Below, piece by piece: positions 1 to 12,523 of a stretch of 64,000 nucleotides of DNA (the first letter of the stretch is position 1; each line of letters starts with the position of its first letter). Origin of the DNA: Eutreptiella sp. 'Long Island Sound 2002' (Eukaryota > Protista > Euglenida). The notes under the pieces were generated by a model. It was not told the origin of the DNA. It saw nothing but the letters and a program-made list of their open reading frames with translations, and searched no databases. Position numbers and translations under genes: made by a program. The stretch lies in the NCBI GenBank assembly GCA_964036045.1, contig OZ038378.1, forward strand, positions 144,460,001-144,524,000, in the 5' to 3' direction.

Positions 1-250
1 TGCAGTTTCAGCCACCACTTCGTGAGCAGCCCGGGAATCGTCGTCCACATCATCAAAGGCGCCCCAAGCCTCTCCAATGACTGCATTCAAATCGGTACCC
101 ACCCGTGATGGAGGCTGCATTGCAAGCCCATCTCATCCTGTTCACAAGTGTTGCATATTCACAATCGCATTCACAGCACAATCATATCAGCAAGATCAGA
201 AATGTCTATTGCACGCCGAGTGGAATCTTTAGTTCTTGGTTCTCGAAAAG

Positions 251-2916
251 GGTATTTGGTAATACTTAGTACCAAACGAGGTAAAACTTAGTAAAATTTG
301 GTAAAACTTAGTAGAAACGAGGTAAAACTTAGTAAAAATAAATTTATTTTGATAAATCTATTTTTGTAAAGTTATGTTTACTAAGTTTTACCTCATTTCT
401 ACTAAGTTTTAATCCCCTCCCCCCGGCTGCCGTTTTAAACAAGGTAGTCAACACTTTGATGGTAGGTGGTACTTTTGTTTAAGGGCACCAGGCCCCCGCG
501 TCGACTCCCGGCCACTTGTGTTAGTGACGCCCCACCCAGGCCAAACCATCATGCACACCAATTAGTTGGCACTCAGCCAACATAACAAAATATAATTGGG
601 ATCGGTCATTAGAAACGGTGTACATCTGAGCCACCTCCCAATGCAGTCTTGGGGTCCTCGGGGTGGAGGCCGACTTGGGACGAACAGAGTAGCTTCAGCC
701 ATTTCACGCAGCAACCACAATCTGTCATGTGGCACTTGCAATATTGTCCTTCACAATGCGTTGAGACCGGGCGCAATGCAATGTCAAGAGACATGCTGGA
801 TGGCAACTGACACCATCAATCTGCCCAATGAAGGTGGAATGCAGGGGTGCAATTGCAAATGCAAGGGCACAGAAAGCATCCAAAATCTTTGCCCACTTCT
901 TCCGCTGCTGTGCTTGAATGCCTTCTCGCTCGGCAATCAGAGGTGGCCGACAAGTGGGCCGGGTGGCTACATAGCCCCTGCCGCCTCGGGGGTCCCCACC
1001 GCTTCACAACGGGGGGCAGAATCAGAGGTGGCCCACAAGTGGGCCGGGTGGGTACATAACCCCTGCTGCCTGGGGGGTCCCCACCGCTTCACAACGGGGG
1101 GCAGAATCAGAGGTGGCCCACAAGTGGGCAAGGTGGCTACATAACCCCTGCCGCTTGGGGGGTCCCCACCGCTTCACAACGGGGGGCAGAATCAGAGGTG
1201 GCCCACAAGTGGGCAAGGTGGCTACATAACCCCTGCCGCTTGGGGGGTCCCCACCGCTTCACAACGGGGGGCAGAATCAGAGGTGGCCCACAAGTGGGCA
1301 AGGTGGGTACATAACCCCTGCCGCCTGGGGGGTCCCCACCGCTTCAGAGCGGGGGGCAGAATCAGAGGTGGCCCACAAGTGGGCCGGGTGGGTACATAGC
1401 CCCTGCCGTGTAGGGGGTCCCCACCGCTTCACAACGGGGGGCAGAATCAGAGGTGGCCCACAAGTGGGCAAGGTGGCTACATAGCCCCTGCCGCCTGGGG
1501 GGTCCCCACCGCTTCACAACGAGGGGCAGAATCAGAGGTGGCCCACAAGTGGGCCGGGTGGCTACATAGCCCCTGCCGCCTGGGGGGTCCCCACCGCTTC
1601 ACAACGGGGGGCAGAATCAGAGGTGGCCCACAAGTGGGCAAGGTGGCTACATAACCCCTGCTGCCTAGGGGGTCCCCACCGCTTCACAACGGGGGGCAGA
1701 ATCAAAGGTGGCCCACAAGTGGGCCGGGTGGGTACATAACCCCTGCTGCCTGGGGGGTCCCCACCGCTTCACAACGGGGGGCAGAATCAGAGGTGGCCCA
1801 CAAGTGGGCAAGGTGGGTACATAACCCCTGCCGCCTAGGGGGCCCACCGCTTCACAACGGGGGGCAGAATCAGAGGTGGCCCACAAGTGGGCAAGGTGGC
1901 TACATAACCCCTGCCGTGTAGGGGGTCCCCACCGCTTCACAACGGGGGGCAGAATCAGAGGTGGCCCACAAGTGGGCAAGGTGGCTACATAACCCCTGCC
2001 GCTTGGGGGGTCCCCACCGCTTCACAACGGGGGGCAGAATCAGAGGTGGCCCACAAGTGGGCAAGGTGGGTACATAACCCCTGCCGCCTGGGGGGTCCCC
2101 ACCGCTTCACAACGAGGGGCAGAATCAGAGGTGGCCCACAAGTGGGCAAGGTGGGTACATAGCCCCTGCCGTGTAGGGGGTCCCCACCGCTTCACAACGG
2201 GGGGCAGAATCAGAGGTGGCCCACAAGTGGGCCGGGTGGCTACATAGCCCCTGCCTGGGGGGTCCCCACCGCTTCACAACGAGGGGCAGAATCAGAGGTG
2301 GCCCACAAGTGGGCCGGGTGGCTACATAGCCCCTGCTGCCTGGGGGGTCCCCACCGCTTCACAACGGGGGGCAGAATCAGAGGTGGCCCACAAGTGGGCA
2401 AGGTGGCTACATAACCCCTGCCGCTTGGGGGGTCCCCACCGCTTCACAACGGGGGGGCAGAATCAGAGGTGGCCCACAAGTGGGCAAGGTGGCTACATAA
2501 CCCCTGCCGCTTGGGGGGTCCCCACCGCTTCACAACGGGGGGGCAGAATCAGAGGTGGCCCACAAGTGGGCAAGGTGGCTACATAACCCCTGCTGCCTAG
2601 GGGGTCCCCACCGCTTCAGAGCGGGGGGCAGAATCAGAGGTGGCCCACAAGTGGGCCGGGTGGCTACATAGGGGGCAGAATCAGCAGTGGCGGCAGTTAG
2701 AAGGAGAAAAACTTATTTTTTTTGGTAAATTTATTTTTCTACTAAGTAAATTACTTAGTAGAAAGATAAATGTATTTTTCTACTAAGTAATTTACTTAGT
2801 ACAAAACCCACCCCAGGAGGAAAAACTTAGTAAATATTTTTTACCAAGTTTTGAAACTTAGTAAAGAAATAGATTTATGAAAATAAATTTATTTTTACTA
2901 AAATTTACCACGGACC
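251..2916. mobile_element. Non-autonomous Foldback/Mutator-like element with long AT-rich modular imperfect TIRs
   Basis: 11-bp direct repeat TTCTCGAAAAG at 240-250 and 2917-2927. Termini are GGTATTTGGTAA and (reverse complement) GGTCCGTGGTAA. The block TAGTAAAAATAAATTTATTTT(G/C)ATAAATCTATTT is shared in inverted orientation, and both arms are built of AAAACTTAGTA modules. Confidence 0.75.
936..2690. repeat. 85-bp GC-rich minisatellite, ~20.5 copies
   Basis: ATCAGAGGTGGCC recurs at 936, 1021, 1106, 1191 ... 2633 (period ~85). The period is not a multiple of 3, so the overlapping ORFs are artefacts. Confidence 0.97.
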
Positions 2917-4099
2917 TTCTCGAAAAGTGAATGGTATTCATTCACCAACAACCGATCCCCCCCTCCACCGTTAACTGGAGCGCTTTTAAAGGGAGACCCG
3001 TTTGTAAAGATGGAGAGTTTTTGGGGCCCAACTGAAGAATAATTGGCTGCATGCAGACGTGGTCCACTGGACCTCCTCCCTCAATTTGCAGGCTCTAACT
3101 ACCACTTAACCGCCTACAACGGTCATGGGTGGTTGAGGTTAGAAATTTCCTATCCGCTCGGGGCGATGGCAATCTTGGGTGTGCCTCAACCGTCTGCCAT
3201 AAGGCCGGACGTCTGGAATTCTTACTGACCTGGTGTGGGGCGCACCACAACGCTATAATGCTACCTTTCATAATGGGGTGGCAACTCGAACCCTGGCCCC
3301 TCTCTGTCTATTTCAGATCCATTTGGGTCCTCTAATGTCGTGTTTCGAAATTCTGACCTCCGAATGGCTTCACCGGTAAACCGCCGCCCCTACACAGACA
3401 CACTCAACAGGCCCTGCCCGCATCTGTTGGACCCCCGTGCTGGCTCAAGCCCAAACCAACTTCAACAAGGCAGACCGGTGGCAAGATGAGTGCGGAAGTT
3501 GAGGGGGTTGAGCGTCAGTCCACGAAAGGGGGATGGGCCAGGAAGGCAACAGACATGATTGGCCTCTCTGGCTGTCTCTCGCTCCTCTTCTCCCGCAACC
3601 CATACACTAGTGCCTAACCATCCCCTGCACCCCCCGCCACCACCACGCCTGACTCTTATAACAGGGCACAACCACGCTTCAGCACATAAGCAGAAAAGAT
3701 GGCGCGTTACAACCGAGATACGTCTCGGGTAATGCAGTCCCCACGCACGGGCAGTCCCCAAAAGTCTGTGGGTGCCTCACCGACACACCACATTTCTTGT
3801 TCTGTTGTGGAGTCACTTGAGCCCAGTGAAACAGCAGGATCCAACAGATTTCATCGGATGACCACCGTCAGCGGCGACTGAGCCAAGAGACGGCCGCCAA
3901 CATGCGCTTGATAACACTTGCGTTTTGCTTTGGTGATGTTGGAGATTATCCTACGCAGTCACACTCGCCATCACTTCACAATCCCAGGATGGAAGGCTGT
4001 GGAACCACTGCGGTGGGTCTGCACTGGTAAGAGCAAGAGGAGACGTTGTGAGCCCTTGTGGTCATCTCTGGGCAACAACCACAGCCTGGAGGACTGGCG

Positions 4100-4440
4100 C
4101 ATTGACGGGGTATTGAAGTGGGTACGCATCACGAATGTATATGCCTCGGTTAGGGTTGCCCTGCACTCACCCCCTGACCTGATGGGGTGTGGGTGACCAC
4201 GTAGGATGGGCTGACCTCTCCTGAAGTGAACGTTGTGTTTTGGGACTGAGGAGTTGTGTGACAAAAAAAAAAGAATGCCCTTCCACTACGCCACCGATCA
4301 CAAGAGGGGGAACATCCTGCACTCCTGTACAACAGTAATGACCCTCAACCACATTGACTGGTACCAACCAATACGGGGGGTGTTTAAGTGGGTACGCATC
4401 GTGAATGTATGTGTCTCTTTTAGGGTTGCCCTGAACCTAC
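4100..4440. repeat. Diverged ~65-bp direct repeat pair
   Basis: AAGTGGGTACGCATC...TAGGGTTGCCCTG occurs near 4115 and near 4387. Confidence 0.6.
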
Positions 4441-4835
4441 AAATGTGTGTGGGACCGGAGGAGTGATGCCCCCTCTCGTCCCCCACCCCCACGCACCCGC
4501 GCAGGAGCAGTTGGCAGTGACAGACGCGACGACCAAAGGGGGAAAATAGCAGATAGAGCAACCGCCATCCCCTTGTAAATGCATTGTGTCCAGAATGCTC
4601 ACACACTTTGTGGTCACTTGTTTCGACCGTGCCGGGGTCTACTGGCACCCATACCATGGTCCACTGATGGCGGCAGCTCTTGGACTAACTTCTGCCTGGG
4701 GGATCTACACCCCACCTACCCGGAATTTCCAAAATACGCCCCTCCCCCATATTACGCAGGCGGCATACGAAGAGGAAATCCTGGGCCCTGCACATGTCAC
4801 ATACTGCAGGTCCAAGCACTTGTCTAGTGATAGCG

Positions 4836-6247
4836 CGAGACTGCCGTAATCTGGCCAACCCAGCCTCACAGCCACCGGCATCACAGCGAACCCAAATCTT
4901 CAACATACCAGCAACACACGTACCCACCCACCCAAGAATACGTAGGCGGCATGCTATGCTAATCCCTAACCTGAGCCCTGCACATGTCACATACTGCAGG
5001 TCCAAGCACTGGTGTCGCAGACAGTGGAGAGGCTCTGCCGAAGTGTGGCCAAAGCAGCCTCACAGCCGCTGGCACCACAGCGACCCCAAATCTTCAACAT
5101 TTCAGTGATACACGCACATCGGCTGCCGCGGGTGGACGCCCTTCGAACACACGCCCATCCGTCGCTCAACAGTCTGAGGCTGTCACACGTGCTTGGAGTC
5201 AAACCTGAAAACATTGCAACACAGTGCGAATTCTAAAGTTTCGCGGAATCCTAATTTTTGCGTTGGGTGTTTTGAATTAATTATTAGCAAAAATTTTGCG
5301 GCAGCATCCAAAATGGGCAAAAATGGGCAAAAATTATTTCTTTTTTGCAATTTTTTTGGCGGAACCCATTTTTGTGTAGGGTGTTGGACCAAAATTTAAT
5401 TTTTTTTGCAGTTTTTTTTTTGCGTTTTGGGGACTGGGGTTGATTCCTTTTGTTGCTACTGCAAGAAACCGTGCGTACCTTGGCAACAGCCGCATTCAAA
5501 TATGCATGTCCCGAACTAGCCCCTTTATCTGCTTTGGGGCACATCAACAGCCACATTCCACTATTTTAACACTTGTGACAATCCCGGATGCATCAAAGCA
5601 AGGTGCAGAACGGGGCATGAGACACGGAAGAGGGGGACAACAAGCAGTGGGGGAAACTCTCCCGCGATTCTGGCATTCTTGCAAAAAGGGGGCAGGGGCA
5701 AAAGTTATTTTATTTTTGCGATTTTTTTTGCGGAACCCATTTTTGCGTCAGGCATGAAGCCAATAATCAATTTTTTTGGCGTTTTTTTTTTTGCGCACAA
5801 CAACACCTTGTGCTAGGAATAAAATGTTTTCGCAAATCTTTAGAATCGCATGGTAGCGTGAGACTGCCGTAACCTGGCCAACCCAGCCTCACAGCCACCG
5901 GCATCACATTGAACCCAAATCTTCAACATACCAGCAACACACGCACCCACCCACCCAAGAATACGTAGGCGGCATGCTATGCTAATCCCTAACCTGAGCC
6001 CTGCACATGTCACATACTGCAGGTCCAAGCACTGGTGTCGCAGACAGTGGAGAGGCTCTGCCGAAGTGTGGCCAAAGCAGCCTCACAGCCGCTGGCGCCA
6101 CAGCGACCCCAAGTCTTCAACATTTCAGTGATACACGCACATCGGCTGCCGATGGTGGACGCCCTTCGAACACACGCAGTAGCGTCGCTCAACAGTCTGA
6201 GGCTGTCACATGTGCTTGGAGTCTGACCTGAAAACATTGCAACACGG
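4836..6247. repeat. ~390-bp direct repeat pair (4836-5222 and 5860-6245)
   Basis: Colinear match from GAGACTGCCGTAA..TGGCCAACCCAGCC to AAACATTGCAACAC in both copies. Confidence 0.85.
5225..5852. mobile_element. AT-rich MITE-like insert between the 390-bp repeats
   Basis: Imperfect inverted termini TGCG(A)ATTCTAAAG..TT.GCG / CGCAAATCTTTAGAATCGCA; no clear TSD. Confidence 0.4.
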
Positions 6248-6614
6248 CGGCGAAGGCGGCATTGGGCTGTGCGGCAATGACACAGACCGCACGAGGAGAA
6301 GCCCGGCTCCGGACTCACTGGGGTTTGCCCGTGAGCCATGGATCAGGAAACCTTCGACGTTGCACATAGTACACACGCTGCGCACGTTTCTAAAGACCTT
6401 CAGCAGCGCCTTTGGCTCCCCGCTTTGGGGATCGTTGCGCCAAAAAACATTTCTGTTGCGCTCTCGCTTGCAGGTCTTCCCGCTTCCGCGTTGGCGTAGG
6501 TTGGGGATCCAAAATGGGAGGAGGTCGAGGAATCCTGAACCAGACCTTAGAGCTGCTCATCATCGGAAAACGAGTGAATCCAGTTCCCAAAAGATACCAC
6601 GAAACAAGGATTGA

Positions 6615-6990
6615 TCACATGCCCCCTTGTGCACATGCCATTCGTACCACACCTTCTGTGACGCAGACGACGGTAATGGGCCTCGACACACATTCACCAC
6701 TGAGCCCCACTGCGACCCAGACCTTGGGCTCATTTGGGCACTGTGTTGCTTCGCGACCTATACTGCCCACGCCAGCAGCAACGCTGTTGTGGTCGTGCCC
6801 CATTCTCCATGCTTGAAAAGCAGGCCAATAGTAAAGGTGTTGGCCGTTTGAGCTTCTGTACACTGGTCGACCCTGTTTCGTCAATCCGGGCACCATTTGA
6901 TATGTGCCCATCCGCAATGGCTGGACATCCGCGGCGCCCGACACACGCACAGCCTTGCAACAAGCGCTGTGGGAAGCCCGGCCCGCCCAC
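6615..6990 (-). CDS. Probable exon encoding an extracellular-type Cys/Trp beta-rich module (CCKAVRVSG..QP.RMGTY..GRPVY..YLYY..W.MG..G..CP..W)
   Basis: The ORF-track translation has the spacing typical of a widespread small secreted module in algae and invertebrates. The upstream frame differs, implying an intron or frameshift. No gene name recognised. Confidence 0.55.
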
Positions 6991-7480
6991 CCGCGACAAG
7001 ACCCGGCGGGAAAGTGCTCGTGGTGGTGGTATACGTGGTGACGAGCAGTAGTGGAGGCAGTAGCATATCTACCATTGTACCATCTCGCTTGACACCATTC
7101 AATAGACCTACGTCCTATTCTCTGACAATACCTAATCAGCACAATTGACGGATAAATATACTCGGTTCATAAGTCTCGTTCATGGTATGTACCTAATGCT
7201 AAGTGACACCTTGTTTAATGAATGAATTTCAGTGCATATTTCATGCTATTATCGCATCAACAAAATTGTGCGGCACCAAGAATATCAATGCATGCTACAC
7301 TAGCTATGCACAACGTCTCCTTTTGCCTCTTAGCAATCAAGTTAAAAAGAAAAAATCAGAAAATAACAAGAAAATAACAAGAAAATAACACATCGAGCAA
7401 CAGTAGTTTACCTATTTTACACAAAGCAAAAGCAAAGAAAAAAAAAAGGATAACCCAATTGATGTCATTAGCTTTGTGAC

Positions 7481-7523
7481 TAGGCTTGGGAAGGACTCGC
7501 TATGCTCCTCCTTCCCAAGCCTA
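7481..7523. other. Perfect 15-bp inverted repeat hairpin
   Basis: TAGGCTTGGGAAGGA (7481-7495) pairs with TCCTTCCCAAGCCTA (7509-7523); extendable with CTTTGT/CAAAG. Confidence 0.9.
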
Positions 7524-7682
7524 CAAAGGCCGAAAGTATCAGAAGTTTCGCTGCGTACCAACAAGTACACGTTTTATTACGCTGATTTTAGTTGAAAACC
7601 ATGATTAAAAAACCCGATTTTCAGGCAAAATGAGTTCAAGGTGGCCTACAACCGGTCCCCATATCTCGTTACATTACCTCTT

Positions 7683-8190
7683 CACCTTTCAAACGAGCCC
7701 AACGGTTCGTTCCAACTCAACGGTATGATGGAGAACGACCTCCGACAAATGGGACCATGAACTCCAAATTGCTACTTTTCACCAAAATGCAAAACCCCCA
7801 TTGCTTATAACTCCGGGCCAACGGGGCTTGAATGGGCAAACAATTGATCTTTTGCATTCTTCTAGGTCCAAATAACTCCATTATGCTTGGTTGAGGACTT
7901 GGTTACCTATGTGCTTCCAACCTGACTACGTGCCGACGGGTACACGTTTTGACGTGGCAGGGTATGCACAACATACACCTGATTTTACCTAAAACTGACC
8001 ACCAAAGATGCAATTTTTGCAAGAAATGGGTGTGAGACGGCCTGTGACGGGTCCCATTATACTTTTAGGACATGTTCTCAGCTTTCAAACGAGCCCAACA
8101 CTTTGTTCTAACTCCACGGTATGTTGGAGAACGAGCTCCGACGAATGGACCCACAAACCGAAAATGTCCATTTTTGACTAAAATGCGAAA
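7683..8190. repeat. Diverged ~100-bp direct repeats ~400 bp apart in a probable non-autonomous element
   Basis: CTTTCAAACGAGCCCAAC...GGTATG.TGGAGAACGA.CTCCGAC near 7686 and 8083. Confidence 0.6.
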
Positions 8191-11100
8191 CCCCCGGCTG
8201 ATATATCTAGGGGCCATTGGGGGTACACCGGGCAAACTAATGGCCTTTCCCCTCCCTCTAGGTCCAAACTACTCAAATATGCTTGGTTGAAGTCCCAAGG
8301 AAGCATGTGGATGCAATAGGAACTCCGGGGGGGAGACCCATGATTTTGGTACGCAGGTGTTGTGACAGCACCCAAAAACACAGCTTAAAAAGCACGTATC
8401 TTTGAGTTTTCGCCCCCATGTGCTCTCTATAGAGGCCATAGGGACGTAACATTGCTTATACCCGTTCCATTGGACCCATACGGGACTAGTTTGCACAAAG
8501 GTTGAATCCCTAGGCCGGGATATAGCACTTTGACAAGGCTGTACAATGGAGACAGCAACCTTATCTAAGTACTGTTTTTTTCTACCTTTTGTACCCTCTT
8601 TCTAGGCATCAAGAGGAGGCTAGAGGGATCAACCTTGGGCATTTTCACATCATTTGGGTGCAAATGAACTTGGATTGTCACTTGGTTCGTTGCTAGACCC
8701 TCGTGGTTTCGCTACAACAGGCCTACGAAACAGGCCAAAATGGCCAAACTGAGCCCACTGTATAAAAACTTGAAAAAATCATATCTTTGGCCTACCGGCT
8801 CAAATTTTGATAAACCGAAAGCCAAATCTGGGTAGTTTTTGACGCTGAACACGAATATTGAGTCAAAATCCCGGCGTCGAACAGTCTGCTGGCGGAAATC
8901 GACGATCGGTGTTGCGAAACAGTGATTCGTGCAGTTTTGCGAAACACCGATTTTACAGCGTTATTCGGGCTTTAAAACCCTTCACATTCATGGTCTTAAA
9001 TCGAATTTTTGTCAACTCTAGCTAGGTGCTGAGTTCAACAGGACAAATCACGGCGACAACCACTGGTCACGCGTGCGCGCCGATTTTTGACCAGAAATCC
9101 GGATTCTGGCCAGTAAAAAAAAATCCCTGATATACAACCTTGTAGGGCCCGTCCTGCCATCCACAAATGTGCCTTCGGTTCGTCCGGACCTTGGTCCGTT
9201 GTCACCATTACGGCAGGGCCAATCCGGCGGGATAATCACCGGGGTCAGCTTTACAGCTGAGCGTCGCAGGCGGCCGCGGAGGCCCCTCCCCCGCGGCCGG
9301 ACAGCGAACGGCGGGCCTTGCGGCCCAGGGGCAACAACCTGAGCAATGGAGTCACATCAAGATGGCGCAAAGATTCGGGATCCGTCGCTGGGCACAAGAG
9401 TTATTGGGTGCATAAGAGTTATTGGGAGACGGAGCTACAAACGGACCGAAGTAGGCAGGAACTGGCTGCGAGTAGCTGTGCAACTTGGCACATCTTGAGA
9501 ACTAGTGTACAGGGCACAAACCGGAAAACTGCGGTGTGCATCGCCTGAAAATGGGACAGACATGGAAAGCTTTGGGGCCCAGTTTCGGAGCCATCACCGG
9601 TCCTTAGACTGCCCTTTTGGATAGGCTCTGTCACCCCGCCTGCCATACTCTCTCTACCGCCGCCTGTGTTGAACGGCCGGCCGGGTTGGTGGGTGGGGTT
9701 TGCGCCGGCCCAGCACTTTCAGCGAATTCTGAGGAGTAGTGTGCCCTGATGGTGCTTTGTTGCCGGTGTGTCGCTGCCTCTGCGATGACGGACAGGCGCG
9801 CGCTACCTTCACGCTCATGCTGATTGCAGTGTTTGCTATTTTTCTGTCGCTTGCTTCAGCTAACTTTTTGATCACTTTGCATTATATTGTATGCCTGTTT
9901 TCGTTTTCCTGTTTTCTCCCTGTACTTTTCAGCCGCATGTGATTTGGTACAACCAGGTGCAGACCAAGTATAAAGATGCACTGGTCTGTTACTGTGGAGT
10001 GCATTGCCAATGTCAACCTGGCTGCCAGGACTATTCAATTTTTGCAGCGGAATTGCAGTAGAACTATTTGTTTTGGGCTCTCGTATGCTCTATGTCCTGT
10101 TGGTGAACGATGCCCATAATGGAGGATTTCTGAAGGAAAACCCAGTCAAACTACGGCAACGTGACGTGCAACAACAACTGGGACTATCTTTGCCTCTGCA
10201 GGCTAACGAAAATGGTTTTGGACCGGGGCCTCTTTCCTGGACCCCCCACCCCGGCCCCCCAAGGATGGGGTGGGGGGGGGGCTGCCCGCCCACAGCCGAT
10301 GTGCAGGCCCCCAAACTCTCAGGGAGGTGGGGGTGACGCTCTCCTCTCTTCACTCTCATCACTGGTTGTGAGCGTCGCTCTCAACCAGCCATGCCCTGCC
10401 CACAACCCCGGGGCCTGAGCATGCCTGCCGGCCACCTTCCCTCCGCAGGGGGCTATTCAAGCAGCCGGTGGGCACATTCATTGAAAAAACCAGCAAAAGG
10501 TCGGTTGACCGGGCAAAACTCGGTTCAATAGCGGTGGCGTTTGCTATGTGTTGGGCAGAAAACAGAAGAGAGGAACGGAAATCCTGTCCGTTAAACCAAG
10601 GGCCACGATGCTGAAGGATGTGGCCGAGAACGCACAGGCGACGCACCATTACCCATGCCAGCCCTCATAGAACTGGAACACCGGGGGATGAAGGGACAGC
10701 CTGCACAGTGCGTGCCCCTTTTGGTGCCCACGCCTGCCATCTCCGGGTCCACAAAGGGTGCAGGCGTACACACATCACGCAGACACTCATCGGTCCGTCA
10801 TGCTGGCGAGTACGTCACATGTCACCCAACCTTCGGTCCTCTCACATGTGCATTGTGGTCCCTTGGGCTATGGCTGCTCTCACAAGGAACCGGTGCTTTG
10901 TTAGACTCCGGTACCACACACCCTACTGAGTGCTGAAACCTGCACTTTGATCCATAGCTGTAGCAACAGGGATTCTCACGACTATCCGCTGTTGGGCCCC
11001 ATCGTTGGAAAACACCTGGTGGAGCAGCTGCCCATACACCAAGTACAGCAACCACCTCCAACTTCACTGCCGTGTCCCACAAATACACCGACCCATTCCT

Positions 11101-11799
11101 CAGCTAACAATCCTCCCTCTCCCGAACGATCCCTGTCACAGTCAGCCACGGGATGATCTTTTGGTCATGGTCATGATCATCGTCAGCACTTCACCGGCCG
11201 CATTTTGTGGCATGAAGCTTCAGACCTTTCCACAAGCGAAGACTCCCAAAACGCTCCTTCGGCCCATGTACGGTAGTGCGCCATGACAGCATCGCTTGTC
11301 ACCCAAATGGTGTTGGGGCGGCAGGCCAATACCGAGACGCAAGAGTTGCTGCTGTTGTGGCTTCTGTTGGTGTCAGTGCTTGTACCAATTGGTGGCCCAA
11401 ACACAGTGCCATAATGGGGGAAGCGGCCCCTTTGTTTTAGGTACCAGCACCTCCCTTCCCCTCTTGCACGGCGTCACTTGGTGCAATGGTGGACCCCAAC
11501 AGGGTTTTGGCCGCCGGAGGCCCGGAGCAGGGGCAAGGAGGGGGGGGGGTGTTTTGGAAGGTTGGCAGGTGGCCGGCGGGGGGGGTATCCAGGTGGGACC
11601 CCAACATATGGGTATCAAAATGATCCGCGCGACGTGCTGATCTTTTCAACTACACAGAAATGGGGTAAAAAGTATTTCTCAAAAAAAACTGTTCTACTGT
11701 GCCAAGGGTGGGATGGGGAGGTGTGCAAGGCATCAAAATTCTGCTTCGTGTTTTGCACAGACATAGCACCAAAAGCTGAAACTCAATGCAACAGCAAAC

Positions 11800-12515
11800 T
11801 ACATCAGTGAAAGAACATTTGACATCCGACTTAGGGATGACAAACACTGGTGCACTGGGCTTGGAACCCCAACCTGGCATCCCCTTCTCTATATGAACCA
11901 GGTGTCCCTGCTCATGTAACGCCTGTGTCATGGCCCGAACAACAAGACTAATCTCCGTCTTAGCCAACTGTACCCCCGCCATAGCACTTAGGGATGTTTC
12001 TTCAACAACATTATCCCAAGTCTGTGGGGGGATTTCAACACATCCCGCTGACCCCAAACCCTTGGCGGCCAGCTCCACAGAGACAACAGGGGGGGGGGGG
12101 GTCTACCCCCAGCATCCGGGCGTGGCTTGGGACTGGTAGGTGAAGTAACAATCTGGACAGAGCGAACATCATCAATTGTCAGTATAGCCACAGCATTGAA
12201 AATTTTCTCCACAGTGGGGTCCGGGGCATCACGGTGCTGAACCATAACGTTACACAACACTCTCAACATCAAAAACAGGGGTTTCCACAGTCTAGCAAAA
12301 GGTGTGTCAGGGGGTCTAGGCACTTTTTGGGCCAGACGCCAGAGTCTAGACCGGTACTTACGGAAACTCCGGCCCTTAATGGGCCCAACCCTAGCAGAGC
12401 TGGTGTCAGGAGGCGCCTCTGGAGAGATGGGGTCATCCCACAGTCGTCGACTTCGCAGCCCGGGTTTCGCGAGGGCAGCAGACTCGGGCGCAAGCCTTTT
12501 CAACCGTTGGTCAAG
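11800..12515 (-). pseudogene. N-terminal part of DIRS-type reverse transcriptase ORF
   Basis: ORFs 11988..12536 and 11650..12078 join across a poly-C frameshift (~12088-12101). PSAPVFVIPKSDVKCSF matches the RT SPxFxxPKxxxKxR motif; the sequence degenerates after ~11800. Confidence 0.68.
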
Positions 12516-12523
12516 GGGGGCGC

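Noticed and set aside
936-2690. CRISPR array
   Set aside because: Units are contiguous 85-bp repeats with no unique spacers, there are no cas genes, and the context is eukaryotic.
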